A stretch of DNA of 64,000 nt, taken from NCBI GenBank assembly GCA_963843575.1, contig CAWJKZ010000013.1:1-64000 (forward strand), written 5' to 3'. Position 1 is the first letter of the stretch. Each line of letters begins with the position of its first letter. The position numbers were made by a program, and so were the translations under genes. The stretch is from an uncultured Acidobacteriota bacterium. GTDB lineage: Bacteria > Acidobacteriota > UBA6911. Of this stretch, positions 10,521-21,090 are shown piece by piece. The notes under the pieces were generated by a model. It was not told the origin of the DNA, searched no databases, and saw only the letters and a list, made by a program, of their open reading frames with translations.

Positions 10521-11678
10521 ATGAGGTCCATGAGAACTACTCAGATCCTTGCCGCCACCCTGGCACTTCTGTGCGCCTACTCGCTTGCTATGATCGCTGG
10601 AGCCGTTGAGCCCGCAGAGAAGGGGGAATTCACGGTCTATCTCGGGACGTACACTCGAGGCAACAGCAAAGGCATCTATGGCTGCCGCTTCGACGCCGCG
10701 AAGGGGACGCTGTCCCCGCCCGAACTCGCCGCCGAGATGGCGAATCCCTCGTTCCTGGTTCTGGCCCCGAACGGTCGTTTCCTATATGCCGTGGGCGAAA
10801 GCGCGAACGGGACGGTGAAGGCCTTTGCAGTCGAACCAGGCACGATGAAGCTGGCGGCCCTGAACGAACAGACGTCCGGGGGCAACGGCCCCTGTTACGT
10901 GGCGCTGGATCGGTCCGGCAGGTACGCCCTCGTCGCCAATTACGGCAGTGGGAGCGTCGAGGTTCTGCCCATCAAGCCGGATGGGAGCTTGGGAGAGCCC
11001 ACGGCGTTTGTGCAGCACACGGGGTCGAGCGTGAACCCAAACCGTCAGCAGCAGCCGCACGCGCACTCGATCAACCCTTCGCCCGACAACCGATTCGCCG
11101 TCGCCGCCGATCTCGGGCTGGACAAACTCCTGGTCTACAGGTTCGATGCCGGCAAGGGAACGCTGGCCCCGAATGACCCGCCGTTTACGGCCCTGAACCC
11201 GGGCGCGGGTCCGCGTCACTTTGCCTTCCATCCCAGTGGGGAAAACGCCTACATCATTAACGAAATACAGTCGACGGTCACGGCGCTTTCCTACGATGCG
11301 GGGCGCGGGGAGCTGAAGGAGCTGCAGACTACGACGACACTTCCGGCGGGTTTCCAGGGGAAGAACAGCACCGCGGAGGTACAGGTCCACCCGTCAGGAA
11401 AGTTCCTCTACGGCTCCAACCGGGGGCACGACAGCATCGCGGTCTTCGCTATCGGTCCCGACGGCACCCTGACGCCCGTGGACCACACATCCACGCAGGG
11501 CAGGAACCCGCGCAATTTTGCGATCGATCCGACCGGAGCCTGGCTGCTGGCCGCAAACCAGAACACGGGAAACGTGGTCGTATTCCGGATCGACCCGTCC
11601 ACAGGCCGGCTGACCCCCGCGGGCCAGAGCATCCAACTCGACTGGCCGGTATGCATCAAGTTCCTGGCCGCCAGGTAG
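10521..11678 (+). CDS. Secreted lactonase, 7-bladed propeller (6-phosphogluconolactonase family)
   Basis: Signal peptide; YLGTYT, ANYGSG, RQQQPHAH, DLGLD, GPRH, SNRGHDSI, PRNF. Confidence 0.92.
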   Translation: MRSMRTTQILAATLALLCAYSLAMIAGAVEPAEKGEFTVYLGTYTRGNSKGIYGCRFDAAKGTLSPPELAAEMANPSFLVLAPNGRFLYAVGESANGTVKAFAVEPGTMKLAALNEQTSGGNGPCYVALDRSGRYALVANYGSGSVEVLPIKPDGSLGEPTAFVQHTGSSVNPNRQQQPHAHSINPSPDNRFAVAADLGLDKLLVYRFDAGKGTLAPNDPPFTALNPGAGPRHFAFHPSGENAYIINEIQSTVTALSYDAGRGELKELQTTTTLPAGFQGKNSTAEVQVHPSGKFLYGSNRGHDSIAVFAIGPDGTLTPVDHTSTQGRNPRNFAIDPTGAWLLAANQNTGNVVVFRIDPSTGRLTPAGQSIQLDWPVCIKFLAAR

Positions 11679-11730
11679 CTGGGACCGCGGCAGCTCGTGG
11701 GGCGGGCACGCAACGAGCGCGGGGTTGCGT

Positions 11731-12588
11731 TCAGCGCTCGGCTCCGCCCGCCTCGCCCATGCAGCGGGCTTTTTCCAGGATGCTGGGGCGGGCTTCCTCC
11801 ATCATGTCGCGCACGTCCGCGTAACGCATCGTCCTCTGCTCGAAGGTGCGCTTCTCCAGGGCGCCAAGGAATCGTCCCTCAAACTCCCGCAGGTTCGACC
11901 CATAGATATGGAAGCTGTCGGCGAGGTGGCAATAGCGGCCGACCCGCACGGTTGTGCCGGAAAGGTCGGAGATTCGGGCCGCGATCTGCCGCTGCAGTTG
12001 GACGAGTGCGAAAATGTTCATGAATGCGGCCTTGTATGCGTCGTTGGAGCGGAACCGGACGTTCATGCTCAAAAGGCTGTCGTGTGCACCTGGGGTGATC
12101 CGGCACCAGAGGCTTTGCAGGCAGGCCGGATCGTAGCAGTCGTTGTCCTCCCAGACTTTCCAGGTGACGGCCTGCGCACGGCGGGTGTGCGGCGCCGACG
12201 CGAGCTTGCGGCAAATCGTCTCGATCTGGTCGATCGGGGCCAGACCCGGCGCCTCGTAGCCGAACAGGCGCTGGTGGTAGGTGTATTCCCAACGCGTGTC
12301 GGACGGATCTGCACGGTCGCGCACCAAGTGGTCCTTGATGCCTTCACAGACTTCCATGACGTATTCCTGCAGATCACAGGGCCCGCCCGGAAAATCCTTG
12401 TGGATCATCGGTTCCGCCAGCGGGTCGTCGATCACGATCAGCATCGTGGCGTCTTTGCTTGGGGGATCCCCCGGCTTGTCGTACTGCGTCTCGATCGTGC
12501 ACCCGTTGCGGTGAAGCGCGACGAGCGCGTCCTCCCACGCTCGGGCGATGCAGTCCGCCTCGATGTGGAGCACCGGAATTCCATTCAT
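11731..12588 (-). CDS. Thymidylate synthase family protein, archaeal-like
   Basis: YTYHQRL, TRRAQA, DPACLQ (catalytic Cys), RSND...AAFMN, SFHIY. Confidence 0.82.
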   Translation of the reverse strand: MNGIPVLHIEADCIARAWEDALVALHRNGCTIETQYDKPGDPPSKDATMLIVIDDPLAEPMIHKDFPGGPCDLQEYVMEVCEGIKDHLVRDRADPSDTRWEYTYHQRLFGYEAPGLAPIDQIETICRKLASAPHTRRAQAVTWKVWEDNDCYDPACLQSLWCRITPGAHDSLLSMNVRFRSNDAYKAAFMNIFALVQLQRQIAARISDLSGTTVRVGRYCHLADSFHIYGSNLREFEGRFLGALEKRTFEQRTMRYADVRDMMEEARPSILEKARCMGEAGGAER

Positions 12589-12741
12589 GGCCTCGGTCCC
12601 TTCTCGTTTGCGTTCGCGGCACGCGGGAGCCCGAACATACCAAGCCGGCGCCGGCGGGATCAAGCGGTTTGGGGCCGGCGGGCGCTTCGACCTTTTTCGG
12701 CCCAATCGCCTGGCATATAATCACCTCGCCACCCGGACACC

Positions 12742-15033
12742 ATGAGCGAACTGGCCAGCTTCAAAAATCCGCCGAGACGAGATGGCTCCAAGACACGCCG
12801 TTACGTCATCGCCGGCATTATCCTCCTGTTCCTCGGGCTGATCGCCACGCAGCTGTTCCTGCATCAGACCTCCGTGGGAAGCCCCAGGTTCGTGCGGATG
12901 ACCATCATCTTGTGGGCCACCACGGTTGTCGTCGTGGTGGCCCTCCTGGTCCTGGCGACCGTGCTCGGGCGCAACCTCATCAAGCTTCACTTCGAGCGCA
13001 AGAGCGGCCAGGTCGGCAGCCAGTTCAAAACCAAGATGGTGAGCACGTTCGTGCTCCTGTCGCTCATGCCGGCGGTCCTGCTGTTCGTCCTCGCCTATGG
13101 TCTCGTCAACATTTCGATCGAGCAGTGGTTCAGCGCCCCCGCGGCCCAGATGCTCGAGAACAGCCACTCGATCGCGGCCCAGTACTACGACGAGGTCAGC
13201 CAGCGCATGGCGCACTACGGCGCCACGATTGCGGCCGGCGTGACCCCCGCGGAGATCGGGGACTCGGCCCTGCGGTTTCGGCTGGAGCAGCGCCTGCTGG
13301 AATTCGCCCGCACGTGCATGCTCGACGACATCCGCGTTTTCGATGCGCGCGGCAGCATGGTGGCGGAGTCGGGTATCCGGCTGGCCAGGGACTACCACAA
13401 GCAGCAGGTCGCGGACCTCATTCAAGGCGCGCTCGCCGGGACGCCGGGCTTTCTCGTCGAACGGCTGACTCCCAAGGACGCGCTGAAGGAACTGGCCTGG
13501 TCCGCCACCCCGGTGCGGGGCGCCGACGGGGAGGTCATCGGGGCCGTGGTCGGCGAGCTGCTCATCCCGCACAGCGTCCATTTCAAAGCAACCTCCGTGG
13601 TGGAGGCCTTCAACGCCTACACGCAGCTCGAACGGGAGAAGGACAAGGTCCGGTTCAACTTCCTGCTCATTCTTGTGCTCTCCACCATGCTCATCGTGTT
13701 CTCATTCTCTTGGTTTGCCATGTATCTGGCCAAGCGCATCACGATCCCCATCCAGGCGCTGGCCGAAGGGGCTGCCGAGGTGGCCGCCGGGAACCTGCGC
13801 CACCGCGTCGTGTGCGAGGCGATCGGCGAACTGGGCAGTCTCGTGGTCTCGTTCAACCGGATGACGGGAGACCTCCTGGAAAACAAAGAGCGCATCGAGT
13901 TGGCCCAGACGACCCTCCGGCAGACCAACGTCGAACTCGACGACCGCAGGCGGTACATCGAGACCATCCTCCAGACGATCGCCACCGGTGTGTTGTCGCT
14001 CGACGCGGGATATCGGATCCGAACGGTAAACCGCGCCGCCACCCAGATGCTCGAGATCAATGGCAACCCGTCCGACGTGCTGCTCGATGACGTGGTCAAG
14101 GGGAGCGCGTGCACCACACTGCGGCTGCTGCTCCAGAAGTCCGCGGTGCTCGGCCCCGTGGCGCGCACCATCGAGATGCCGCTGCCGGGCAAGACCCTGC
14201 ACGTCGCCACCACCATAGCGCCGCTGAGCGACAGCACCGGTCAGCGGACGGGATGGGTCGTGGTACTCGACGACGTCACCGAGCTTCTGAGGATCGAGAA
14301 GATGACCGCCTGGCAGGAAGTCGCCCGGCGCATGGCGCACGAAATCAAAAACCCGCTCACCCCGATCCAGCTCTCGGCGGAACGGCTGCTTCGGCGTTAC
14401 AAGCAGATCATGACGTCGCTCCCCCCGGAGAGGAAGAACGGCGGGAGCTGGCACGGCGAGTTCCGGTCGTTCGACACGTTCCTCGAGGAGTGCGCCGGGG
14501 CCATTACGCGCGAGGCTTCCTCGCTGAAGAACCTCGTGAACGAGTTCTCCCGCTTCGCCCGCCTCCCCGAAGTCCGGCTGCAGGATTCGGACCTGCACAG
14601 CATACTGGAGGGCACCCTGAGCCTCTACGACGGGCGCATTCAGGACGTCCGGCTGGTCAAGGTCTTCGGGGCCGACATCCCCACCATGCGGCTCGACCCG
14701 GAACACATGCGCCGGGTGTTCATCAACCTGTTCGACAACGCGCTGGAGGCTATGGCCGACAACGCCCACGCGAAGGTTCTCCAGGTCCGCACCTGCTGCA
14801 ACGCCCCGCAGGAACGCGTGCGCATCGAGATCAGCGACACCGGACGCGGCTTCCCCAAGGAGTACCAGGACAGCCTGTTTCTGCCGTATTTTTCGACCCG
14901 CAAGGGGGGGACCGGGCTTGGGCTGGCCATTGTCAGGCAGATTATCACCGACCACCACGGCTATGTCCGGGCCGAGCCGAATGCGCCCGTAGGCACCCGC
15001 ATCGTCATCGATTTACCCTTGGTTCCCGCCTGA
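12742..15033 (+). CDS. NtrY-like sensor histidine kinase (HAMP, PAS, HisKA, HATPase)
   Basis: AWQEVARRMAHEIKNPLTPIQLSAE, EFSRFARLP, N box, DTGRG, GTGLGL. Confidence 0.92.
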   Translation: MSELASFKNPPRRDGSKTRRYVIAGIILLFLGLIATQLFLHQTSVGSPRFVRMTIILWATTVVVVVALLVLATVLGRNLIKLHFERKSGQVGSQFKTKMVSTFVLLSLMPAVLLFVLAYGLVNISIEQWFSAPAAQMLENSHSIAAQYYDEVSQRMAHYGATIAAGVTPAEIGDSALRFRLEQRLLEFARTCMLDDIRVFDARGSMVAESGIRLARDYHKQQVADLIQGALAGTPGFLVERLTPKDALKELAWSATPVRGADGEVIGAVVGELLIPHSVHFKATSVVEAFNAYTQLEREKDKVRFNFLLILVLSTMLIVFSFSWFAMYLAKRITIPIQALAEGAAEVAAGNLRHRVVCEAIGELGSLVVSFNRMTGDLLENKERIELAQTTLRQTNVELDDRRRYIETILQTIATGVLSLDAGYRIRTVNRAATQMLEINGNPSDVLLDDVVKGSACTTLRLLLQKSAVLGPVARTIEMPLPGKTLHVATTIAPLSDSTGQRTGWVVVLDDVTELLRIEKMTAWQEVARRMAHEIKNPLTPIQLSAERLLRRYKQIMTSLPPERKNGGSWHGEFRSFDTFLEECAGAITREASSLKNLVNEFSRFARLPEVRLQDSDLHSILEGTLSLYDGRIQDVRLVKVFGADIPTMRLDPEHMRRVFINLFDNALEAMADNAHAKVLQVRTCCNAPQERVRIEISDTGRGFPKEYQDSLFLPYFSTRKGGTGLGLAIVRQIITDHHGYVRAEPNAPVGTRIVIDLPLVPA

Positions 15034-15055
15034 AGAGAGATCAAAATACTTCGCT

Positions 15056-16441
15056 ATGACCCGAGCGGCAATCCTCGTAGTCGACGACGAAAAGGGGGTG
15101 CAATCCTCGCTGAAAGGCGTCCTGGACGACGTCGGTTTCGACGCCCACGGCGTTTCGAGCGGCGAGGAGTGCCTCGCGGCCCTGGCGCGGCGCGAGTACG
15201 CGGTCGTGCTGCTGGACATCTGGCTGCCGGGCATGGACGGCCTCCAGGTGCTCGAACAGATAAGGAAGGCGGCCCCAGAGACGAGCGTCATCATGATCTC
15301 CGGCCACGCCTCAATCGAGGCGGCGGTGCGGGCGACAAAGCTCGGCGCCTTCGATTTCGTCGAGAAGCCGCTTTCACTCGAAAAGACCCTCCTGGTGGTC
15401 AAGAACGCGCTGCACCAGCGGCAGCTCGAAGTCGAAAACCGCGCCTTGCGCGAGCAGATACAGCAGACCTACGTGATGATCGGCGACTCGGTCCCCATGC
15501 AGGCGCTGCGCCAGCAGATCGAGTTCGCGGCCCCGACCAACGGCCGGGTCCTGCTCTACGGCGAGAACGGCACGGGCAAGGAACTGGTCGCCCGCCTGCT
15601 TCACCTGCGCAGCCAGCGCCGCGAGCAGCCGTTTGTGGAGATGAACTGCGCCGCGATCCCCGAGGAGCTCGTCGAAAGTGAGCTGTTCGGCCACGTGAAG
15701 GGGTCGTTCACGGGAGCGTCGGAAGACAAGGAAGGCAAGTTCTCCCAGGCCGACGGCGGCACGCTGTTCCTCGACGAGGTCGGCGACATGAGTTCGAAGA
15801 CGCAGGCGAAAGTCCTGCGCGTCCTCGAAGAGCAGCGCTTCACCCCGGTCGGCGGCAACACGTCCGTCAAGGTCGACGTTCGCGTGATCGCGTCGACTAA
15901 CAAGGACCTGGAGAAGGAAATCGAAATCGGCAATTTCCGGGAAGACCTCTACTACCGGCTGAACGTCATCCCGTTTCAGCTGCCGAGCCTGAGGGAGCGC
16001 AGGGAGGACATCGCGGCCCTGACCCGCTACTTCCTGGACGATTTCGCGAGAAGGTACACCAAGAAGCCCCCCACCCTGACCCGGAAGGCGATGGAAGTCC
16101 TGGAGAGCTACCCCTGGCCGGGCAACGTCCGGGAACTCCGCAACATCATGGAGCGCCTCGTGATCATGACGCCCCACGCGCGGCTGGACGTTTTCGATCT
16201 CCCCGACTCCCTTCTCCGGCGCACGGTGCTGCACGAGGTCGAACTCGCGGAACCCAGCTCGCTCCAGAGCGCGAAGGAGAAGTTCGAGCGCGGCTTCATC
16301 CTCCAGAAACTGGCCGAGAACAAGGGGAGCGTGAGCCGCACCGCTCAGGTGCTCGAGATCGAGCGGAGCAACCTGTACCGAAAGATGCGGCAGCTCGGCA
16401 TCCCTTATTCGGCCAGGGAAAACGGCGAGGCCGAACAGTAA
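15056..16441 (+). CDS. NtrX-like sigma54-type response regulator
   Basis: REC (LLDIWLP), [29 protein letters not shown], Fis-type HTH. Confidence 0.93.
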   Translation: MTRAAILVVDDEKGVQSSLKGVLDDVGFDAHGVSSGEECLAALARREYAVVLLDIWLPGMDGLQVLEQIRKAAPETSVIMISGHASIEAAVRATKLGAFDFVEKPLSLEKTLLVVKNALHQRQLEVENRALREQIQQTYVMIGDSVPMQALRQQIEFAAPTNGRVLLYGENGTGKELVARLLHLRSQRREQPFVEMNCAAIPEELVESELFGHVKGSFTGASEDKEGKFSQADGGTLFLDEVGDMSSKTQAKVLRVLEEQRFTPVGGNTSVKVDVRVIASTNKDLEKEIEIGNFREDLYYRLNVIPFQLPSLRERREDIAALTRYFLDDFARRYTKKPPTLTRKAMEVLESYPWPGNVRELRNIMERLVIMTPHARLDVFDLPDSLLRRTVLHEVELAEPSSLQSAKEKFERGFILQKLAENKGSVSRTAQVLEIERSNLYRKMRQLGIPYSARENGEAEQ

Positions 16442-16513
16442 CACGAATGGTCCCGCGAAAGGGACCGGCGGCGTTTCGGTCCCTCGCCGCGGGCGACGGA
16501 CACGCGATCGGCT

Positions 16514-16791
16514 ATGTCACCCAACGCACTTCGCAAGGCCCTGACTGTCCTGGCGGCAGTCCTCACGCTGGTCCTCCCCGCACGAGATGGTGCCGGGCAG
16601 TCGAATCCACCCCAGCCGGACGAACCCAGGGGAAACGCAGTCTCCCGGACGCTCTATGGCGACTACACTACCCCGGTCGTGCTCGGCTAATAGCAGAAAG
16701 GGGACGGCCGCTCGAGCAGCGGATCCGCGAAGGGACGCTGCCGCTGACGGACGAGGATGCCGTGCGGCTTGCCCTGGAAAACAACGTCGAC
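16514..16791 (+). pseudogene. 5' remnant of a TolC-like outer-membrane efflux gene
   Basis: Signal peptide MSPNALRKALTVLAAVLTLVLP..., stop and frameshift, then LEQRIREGTLPLTDEDAVRLALENNVD, then loss of similarity. Confidence 0.55.
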
Positions 16792-16815
16792 CGGTGCGCA
16801 GGGATAGGAGCACAA

Positions 16816-16837
16816 TTTTTGCATTTGAATGCAAAAA
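16816..16837. promoter_or_regulatory. Palindromic operator-like site upstream of aminotransferase-pckA
   Basis: TTTTTGCAT-TTGA-ATGCAAAAA, 9-bp arms, in an AT-rich patch. Confidence 0.4.
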
Positions 16838-17106
16838 GGGGCTTGCAGGCAACCCCGAAATTATGCAAAAAATGAGAGACATTTGTCCCAAGAGCTTCGT
16901 GTGTTCTGATGCGAGCCGGTGCATAATTATGCCGGCCCGCCCGCCATCGGTGCCCGGTTCGGTTCCGCCCCACGGAGAACCGCCGGCGTCGGGCGCCGGT
17001 GATCAGCATCGATACACCGCAAATTGCGACAGCCTTGAGGGATCTTTTGAGTAGCTGTGTATAGTCGGCAGCGTCTGCCAAACGAGTCCGAGGGAAAAAG
17101 GACACC

Positions 17107-18324
17107 ATGAGTATCAGTCAACTTGCCAGATCGATCAAAGAGTCACCAACGCTGAAACTGAACGAGACTGCCGCTCTCCTGCGCGAGAAAGGCGAGCCGG
17201 TCATCCACCTGGGCGGAGGCGAGCCTAAGAGCAAGGCCCCGATCGACGCCGTGGTCAACTGCGCCACCCAGCTGAATACGGGCGATGTCCGCTACGCGCC
17301 GGCCGACGGTCTTCCGGCGATGAAGAAGGCGATCATCCGCTACACCGAGGAGCACTATAACAGGCTGGTCGGGCCCGACAACATCGTCGTGTCCAGCGGG
17401 GCCAAGCAGTCGATCATGGTCCTGCTCTATGCGATCCTCGAGCCGAAAGACGAAGTGCTCTTCCCGGCGCCTTTCTGGGTGAGCTACCCGGAGATGGTCA
17501 AGCTCGCCGGCGGCGTGCCGGTCCCGGTGACGCCCGAGGACGGCACCTTCCGTCCCACCATGAAAGAAATCGCCGAACAGGTCGGCTCCTACACCAAGGC
17601 CATCATCATCAACAGCCCCAACAATCCCTGCGGCGTGCTGTACTCCAGGGACTTCATCGCGGAGCTGGTGGAGTTTTGCGAGAAGAAGAGCCTGTACCTG
17701 ATCATGGACGACCTTTACAACCGACTCGTTTTCGAGGGTAAGAACCCGCCAAATCCCTACGACTTCGCCAAGGATCAAACCGACCGCTCCAAGCTCATAG
17801 TCGTCCAGGGCGTTTCCAAGATGTACGCCATGACCGGGTTCCGGGTCGGCTGGGCCGTGGCCAACACCGAGTTGGCGGAGGCGATGGGGAACATCCAGTC
17901 GCACCAGACCTCCGGTCCGTCGACCCCGTCGCAGTGGGCTGCCGTGGGCGCGCTCAACGGCGTGCAATCGAGCGTCGAGAGCCTGCGGATGACCCTGCAG
18001 AACAACCGGGACGTCATGGTCGAGAGACTCCTCGCCTTCGACGGCGTGAAGGTCACCAAACCCGACGGCACGTTCTACTGCTTCCCGGATTTCAGCGCCT
18101 ACAACCACGACTCGCAAAAACTGGCACATTTCCTGCTCGAAAAGGTGCGCGTCGTGACGGTGCCCGGCAAGGAGTTCGGCATGGAGGGTCACCTCCGGCT
18201 CAGCTTCTGCGGAACGATCAAGGAAGTGACCGAGGGGATCGAACGCATGAAGTGGGCGCTGGACCCCAACTCTCCCAATGAACTCTACCTGGCCGAACGC
18301 AAGCTTGTGAGGGATTGGCTATGA
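17107..18324 (+). CDS. Class I/II PLP aminotransferase (aspartate aminotransferase-like)
   Basis: GAKQS, WVSYPEM, NSPNNPCG, DDLY, SKMYAMTGFRVGW, RLSF. Confidence 0.92.
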   Translation: MSISQLARSIKESPTLKLNETAALLREKGEPVIHLGGGEPKSKAPIDAVVNCATQLNTGDVRYAPADGLPAMKKAIIRYTEEHYNRLVGPDNIVVSSGAKQSIMVLLYAILEPKDEVLFPAPFWVSYPEMVKLAGGVPVPVTPEDGTFRPTMKEIAEQVGSYTKAIIINSPNNPCGVLYSRDFIAELVEFCEKKSLYLIMDDLYNRLVFEGKNPPNPYDFAKDQTDRSKLIVVQGVSKMYAMTGFRVGWAVANTELAEAMGNIQSHQTSGPSTPSQWAAVGALNGVQSSVESLRMTLQNNRDVMVERLLAFDGVKVTKPDGTFYCFPDFSAYNHDSQKLAHFLLEKVRVVTVPGKEFGMEGHLRLSFCGTIKEVTEGIERMKWALDPNSPNELYLAERKLVRDWL

Positions 18325-19985
18325 ACATCTACCTCGACGTCCAATCACCAGCGGTCCGGGAGGCCGGGGCCAATGCCAGCATGTACGGGCTCCAGAACCA
18401 TGGGCTCTCGAATCTGCGGCGCGTCTACTGGAACCTGCCGACACCGGCCTTGTACGAGGAAATCGTCCACAGGTCCGAGGGCAGGGTCGCGCACCTCGGC
18501 CCGATCGTGGTCGACACCGGCAAACACACCGCCCGCGCCGCCGCCGACAAGTTCGTCGTGCGCGAGCAGACCACCGAGGAGAGGGTGTGGTGGGGCCAGT
18601 ACAACCGACCCTTCAACCCCGAGAATTTCAGCATCCTGCACACGCGCCTGCAGGGCTATCTGCAGGGCCGCGACGTATTCGTGCAGGACCTGTTCGCCGG
18701 CGCCGACCCGGATCACCGGCTGCCGATCCGGGTCATCACCCAGAAGGCCTGGCACAGCCTCTTCGCCCGAAACATGTTCATGAAGCCGGCGACCAACGAC
18801 GCGATGAAGAGGCACGTCCCGGAATTCACCGTCATCGCGGTCCCGTCGTTCCTGGCCTCGCCGCTGATCGACAGCACCCGGACCGACACCTTCATCATCA
18901 TCAACTTCCGGGAGAAGCTTGCGCTCATCGGCGGTTCAAGCTACGGGGGCGAAATCAAGAAGACCATCTTCACGGTCCTCAACTTCCTCTTGCCGCTCGA
19001 CGGCGTGCTCTCGATGCACTGCTCCGCCAATGTGGGCAAGGACGGCGACGCGGCCATATTCTTCGGCTTGTCTGGGACCGGCAAAACGACGCTCTCGGCC
19101 GACCCGGCCCGCAGGCTCATCGGCGACGACGAGCACGGCTGGGGCGACAACGGGATCTTCAATTTCGAGGACGGGTGCTACGCCAAGGTCATCCGGCTGT
19201 CGCCTGATGCCGAACCGCAGATCTACGCGTGCACCCGGCGCTTCGGGACCGTGCTCGAAAACGTCGTCTTCGACCCCGTCTGCCGCATCCTAGACCTGAA
19301 CGACGACGGCATCACCGAGAACACGCGCGCCGCCTATCCGCTCGAATACATCGACAACTACCTCCCCGAGAAAATGGCCGGCCACCCGCGCAACGTCATC
19401 TTCCTCACCTGCGACGCGTCGGGGGTCATGCCGCCGATCTCGAAGCTCACGCCCGACCAAGCGATCTACCATTTCATCTCGGGCTACACCAGCAAGATCG
19501 CAGGCACCGAGATCGGGCTGGGCATCGAGCCCGAGATCACTTTCAGCACCTGTTTCGGCGGGCCTTTCATGGTGCACCACCCCTACGCGTACGCCGAGCT
19601 CCTCAAGCGACGAATCGTCAGTCACGGGGCCGCCTGCTGGCTGGTCAACACCGGCTGGACCGGAGGCTCTTTCGGGATCGGCCGGCGCATAAGCATTCAG
19701 TACACCCGACGGCTACTGGACGCCGCATTGAGCGGGTCGCTGCTCAATGCCGAGTTCCACAGGGACCCGGTCTTCGGCTTCGAGGTGCCCAAGTCCTGTG
19801 AAGGCGTTCCCAGCGAGATCCTCGACCCGGCCAACACCTGGCCGAGCCGGGAGGAATACTTCCGGAAATACGACGGCCTCGCGGCGCGCTTTATCGAGAA
19901 CTTCAAGCTGTTTTCCTCGCAGTGCCCGCCCCACGTCGTGGAAGCCGGCCCCAAGCGGCTCTCGACGGTCCAGGTCAGGCCCTGA
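18321..19985 (+). CDS. pckA: Phosphoenolpyruvate carboxykinase (ATP)
   Basis: YGGEIKK, MHCSAN, GLSGTGKTTLS, IGDDEHGW, GCYAK, TENTR; ATGA overlap with upstream gene. Confidence 0.96.
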   Translation: MNIYLDVQSPAVREAGANASMYGLQNHGLSNLRRVYWNLPTPALYEEIVHRSEGRVAHLGPIVVDTGKHTARAAADKFVVREQTTEERVWWGQYNRPFNPENFSILHTRLQGYLQGRDVFVQDLFAGADPDHRLPIRVITQKAWHSLFARNMFMKPATNDAMKRHVPEFTVIAVPSFLASPLIDSTRTDTFIIINFREKLALIGGSSYGGEIKKTIFTVLNFLLPLDGVLSMHCSANVGKDGDAAIFFGLSGTGKTTLSADPARRLIGDDEHGWGDNGIFNFEDGCYAKVIRLSPDAEPQIYACTRRFGTVLENVVFDPVCRILDLNDDGITENTRAAYPLEYIDNYLPEKMAGHPRNVIFLTCDASGVMPPISKLTPDQAIYHFISGYTSKIAGTEIGLGIEPEITFSTCFGGPFMVHHPYAYAELLKRRIVSHGAACWLVNTGWTGGSFGIGRRISIQYTRRLLDAALSGSLLNAEFHRDPVFGFEVPKSCEGVPSEILDPANTWPSREEYFRKYDGLAARFIENFKLFSSQCPPHVVEAGPKRLSTVQVRP

Positions 19986-19993
19986 AATTCGCC

Positions 19994-20023
19994 GCACCGG
20001 TCCCGCCGAGGCGGGACCGGTGC
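19994..20023 (+). terminator. GC-rich hairpin after pckA
   Basis: GCACCGGTCCCGC-CGAG-GCGGGACCGGTGC, 13-bp perfect stem; weak U tail. Confidence 0.55.
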
Positions 20024-20035
20024 CGGTTGTTCCTC

Positions 20036-20974
20036 ATGACCCTGTTCATCGGCACCGATATCGGGGGGACCAAGATCTCGGTCGTGCTGGGCGACGAGCA
20101 GGCCACCGTTCTCGCCCGGCATCGATTCCCCACCGCCCAAAAGCCCAGCCCGTACGACGCCATCGACGAGATCGCCGCGGCAGCGGCGCGCCTGCTCCAC
20201 GAAATCGGCCGGGCCCCGCACGACGTCGCCCGCATCGGAATCAGCTGCGGGGGGCCACTGGACAGCCGGCGAGGGCTCGTCCTGTCGCCACCGAACCTCC
20301 CGGGGTGGGACAACGTCCCGATCTGCCGCATCCTAGGCGAGAAACTCGGGAGGCCCACGCAGCTCGAAAACGACGCCAACGCCGCCGCCCTCGCCGAGTG
20401 GCACTTCGGGGCGGGTCGCGGCACATCCAACATGGTCTTCCTGACCTGCAGCACCGGGATGGGGGGAGGCCTGATCCTGGACGGCCGCCTCTACCGCGGC
20501 AAGCAGGATCTCGCGGGCGAGGTCGGGCACATGCGCCTGACCGACGACGGCCCCGAGGGGTACGCCAAGAAGGGATCGTTCGAGGCGTGGGCAAGCGGCA
20601 CGGGGATCGCCCTGCAGGCCGGAAAACCTGCCGACGAGGTCGGCCGCGCCGCGCTCGCCGGCGACCCCGAGGCGATCGCCCTGGTGCGACGGGCAGGCAC
20701 GATGCTCGGACGCGGCATCGCGCTCCTGTGCGACGCCCTCAACCCCGAACTAGTCGTCTGCGGCACCCTGGCGGTGCGACTCGGGGACCTCTACCTCGAC
20801 CCAGCTCGGCAGGTCGTCGCCCGCGAAGCGCTCGCCCCCTGTCCCATCGTCCCTTCCGCACTCGGCGAGGAGTTTGGTAACAAGGCCGCCCTGGCTGTCG
20901 CCCTGGGAGTGGGAGGGGGTGCCCCGACCGGTAGTGTCTGGAACCCCGCCGGTTGTGCAAGTTCCGGGTGCTGA
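20036..20974 (+). CDS. ROK-family sugar kinase
   Basis: IGTDIGGTK, LENDANAAALAE, STGMGGG, AGEVGH. Confidence 0.9.
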   Translation: MTLFIGTDIGGTKISVVLGDEQATVLARHRFPTAQKPSPYDAIDEIAAAAARLLHEIGRAPHDVARIGISCGGPLDSRRGLVLSPPNLPGWDNVPICRILGEKLGRPTQLENDANAAALAEWHFGAGRGTSNMVFLTCSTGMGGGLILDGRLYRGKQDLAGEVGHMRLTDDGPEGYAKKGSFEAWASGTGIALQAGKPADEVGRAALAGDPEAIALVRRAGTMLGRGIALLCDALNPELVVCGTLAVRLGDLYLDPARQVVAREALAPCPIVPSALGEEFGNKAALAVALGVGGGAPTGSVWNPAGCASSGC

Positions 20975-21090
20975 CCGTCGAGCTCGAAGCACTCAAGAAG
21001 ATAGACATGCAACGGCGGCCGTCCCGCCCGCCCCGCTGACCGCGCCGTTCGCAGTGCGCCGCCGGTCCGCGATTTGCTAGAATGCCGCTC

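Noticed and set aside
11731-12588. Phage-type DNA hypermodification locus
   Set aside because: No kinase, glycosyltransferase, polymerase or phage genes nearby.
16910-16935. Sigma54 promoter before the aminotransferase
   Set aside because: GG-to-GC spacing is 11 rather than the required 10.
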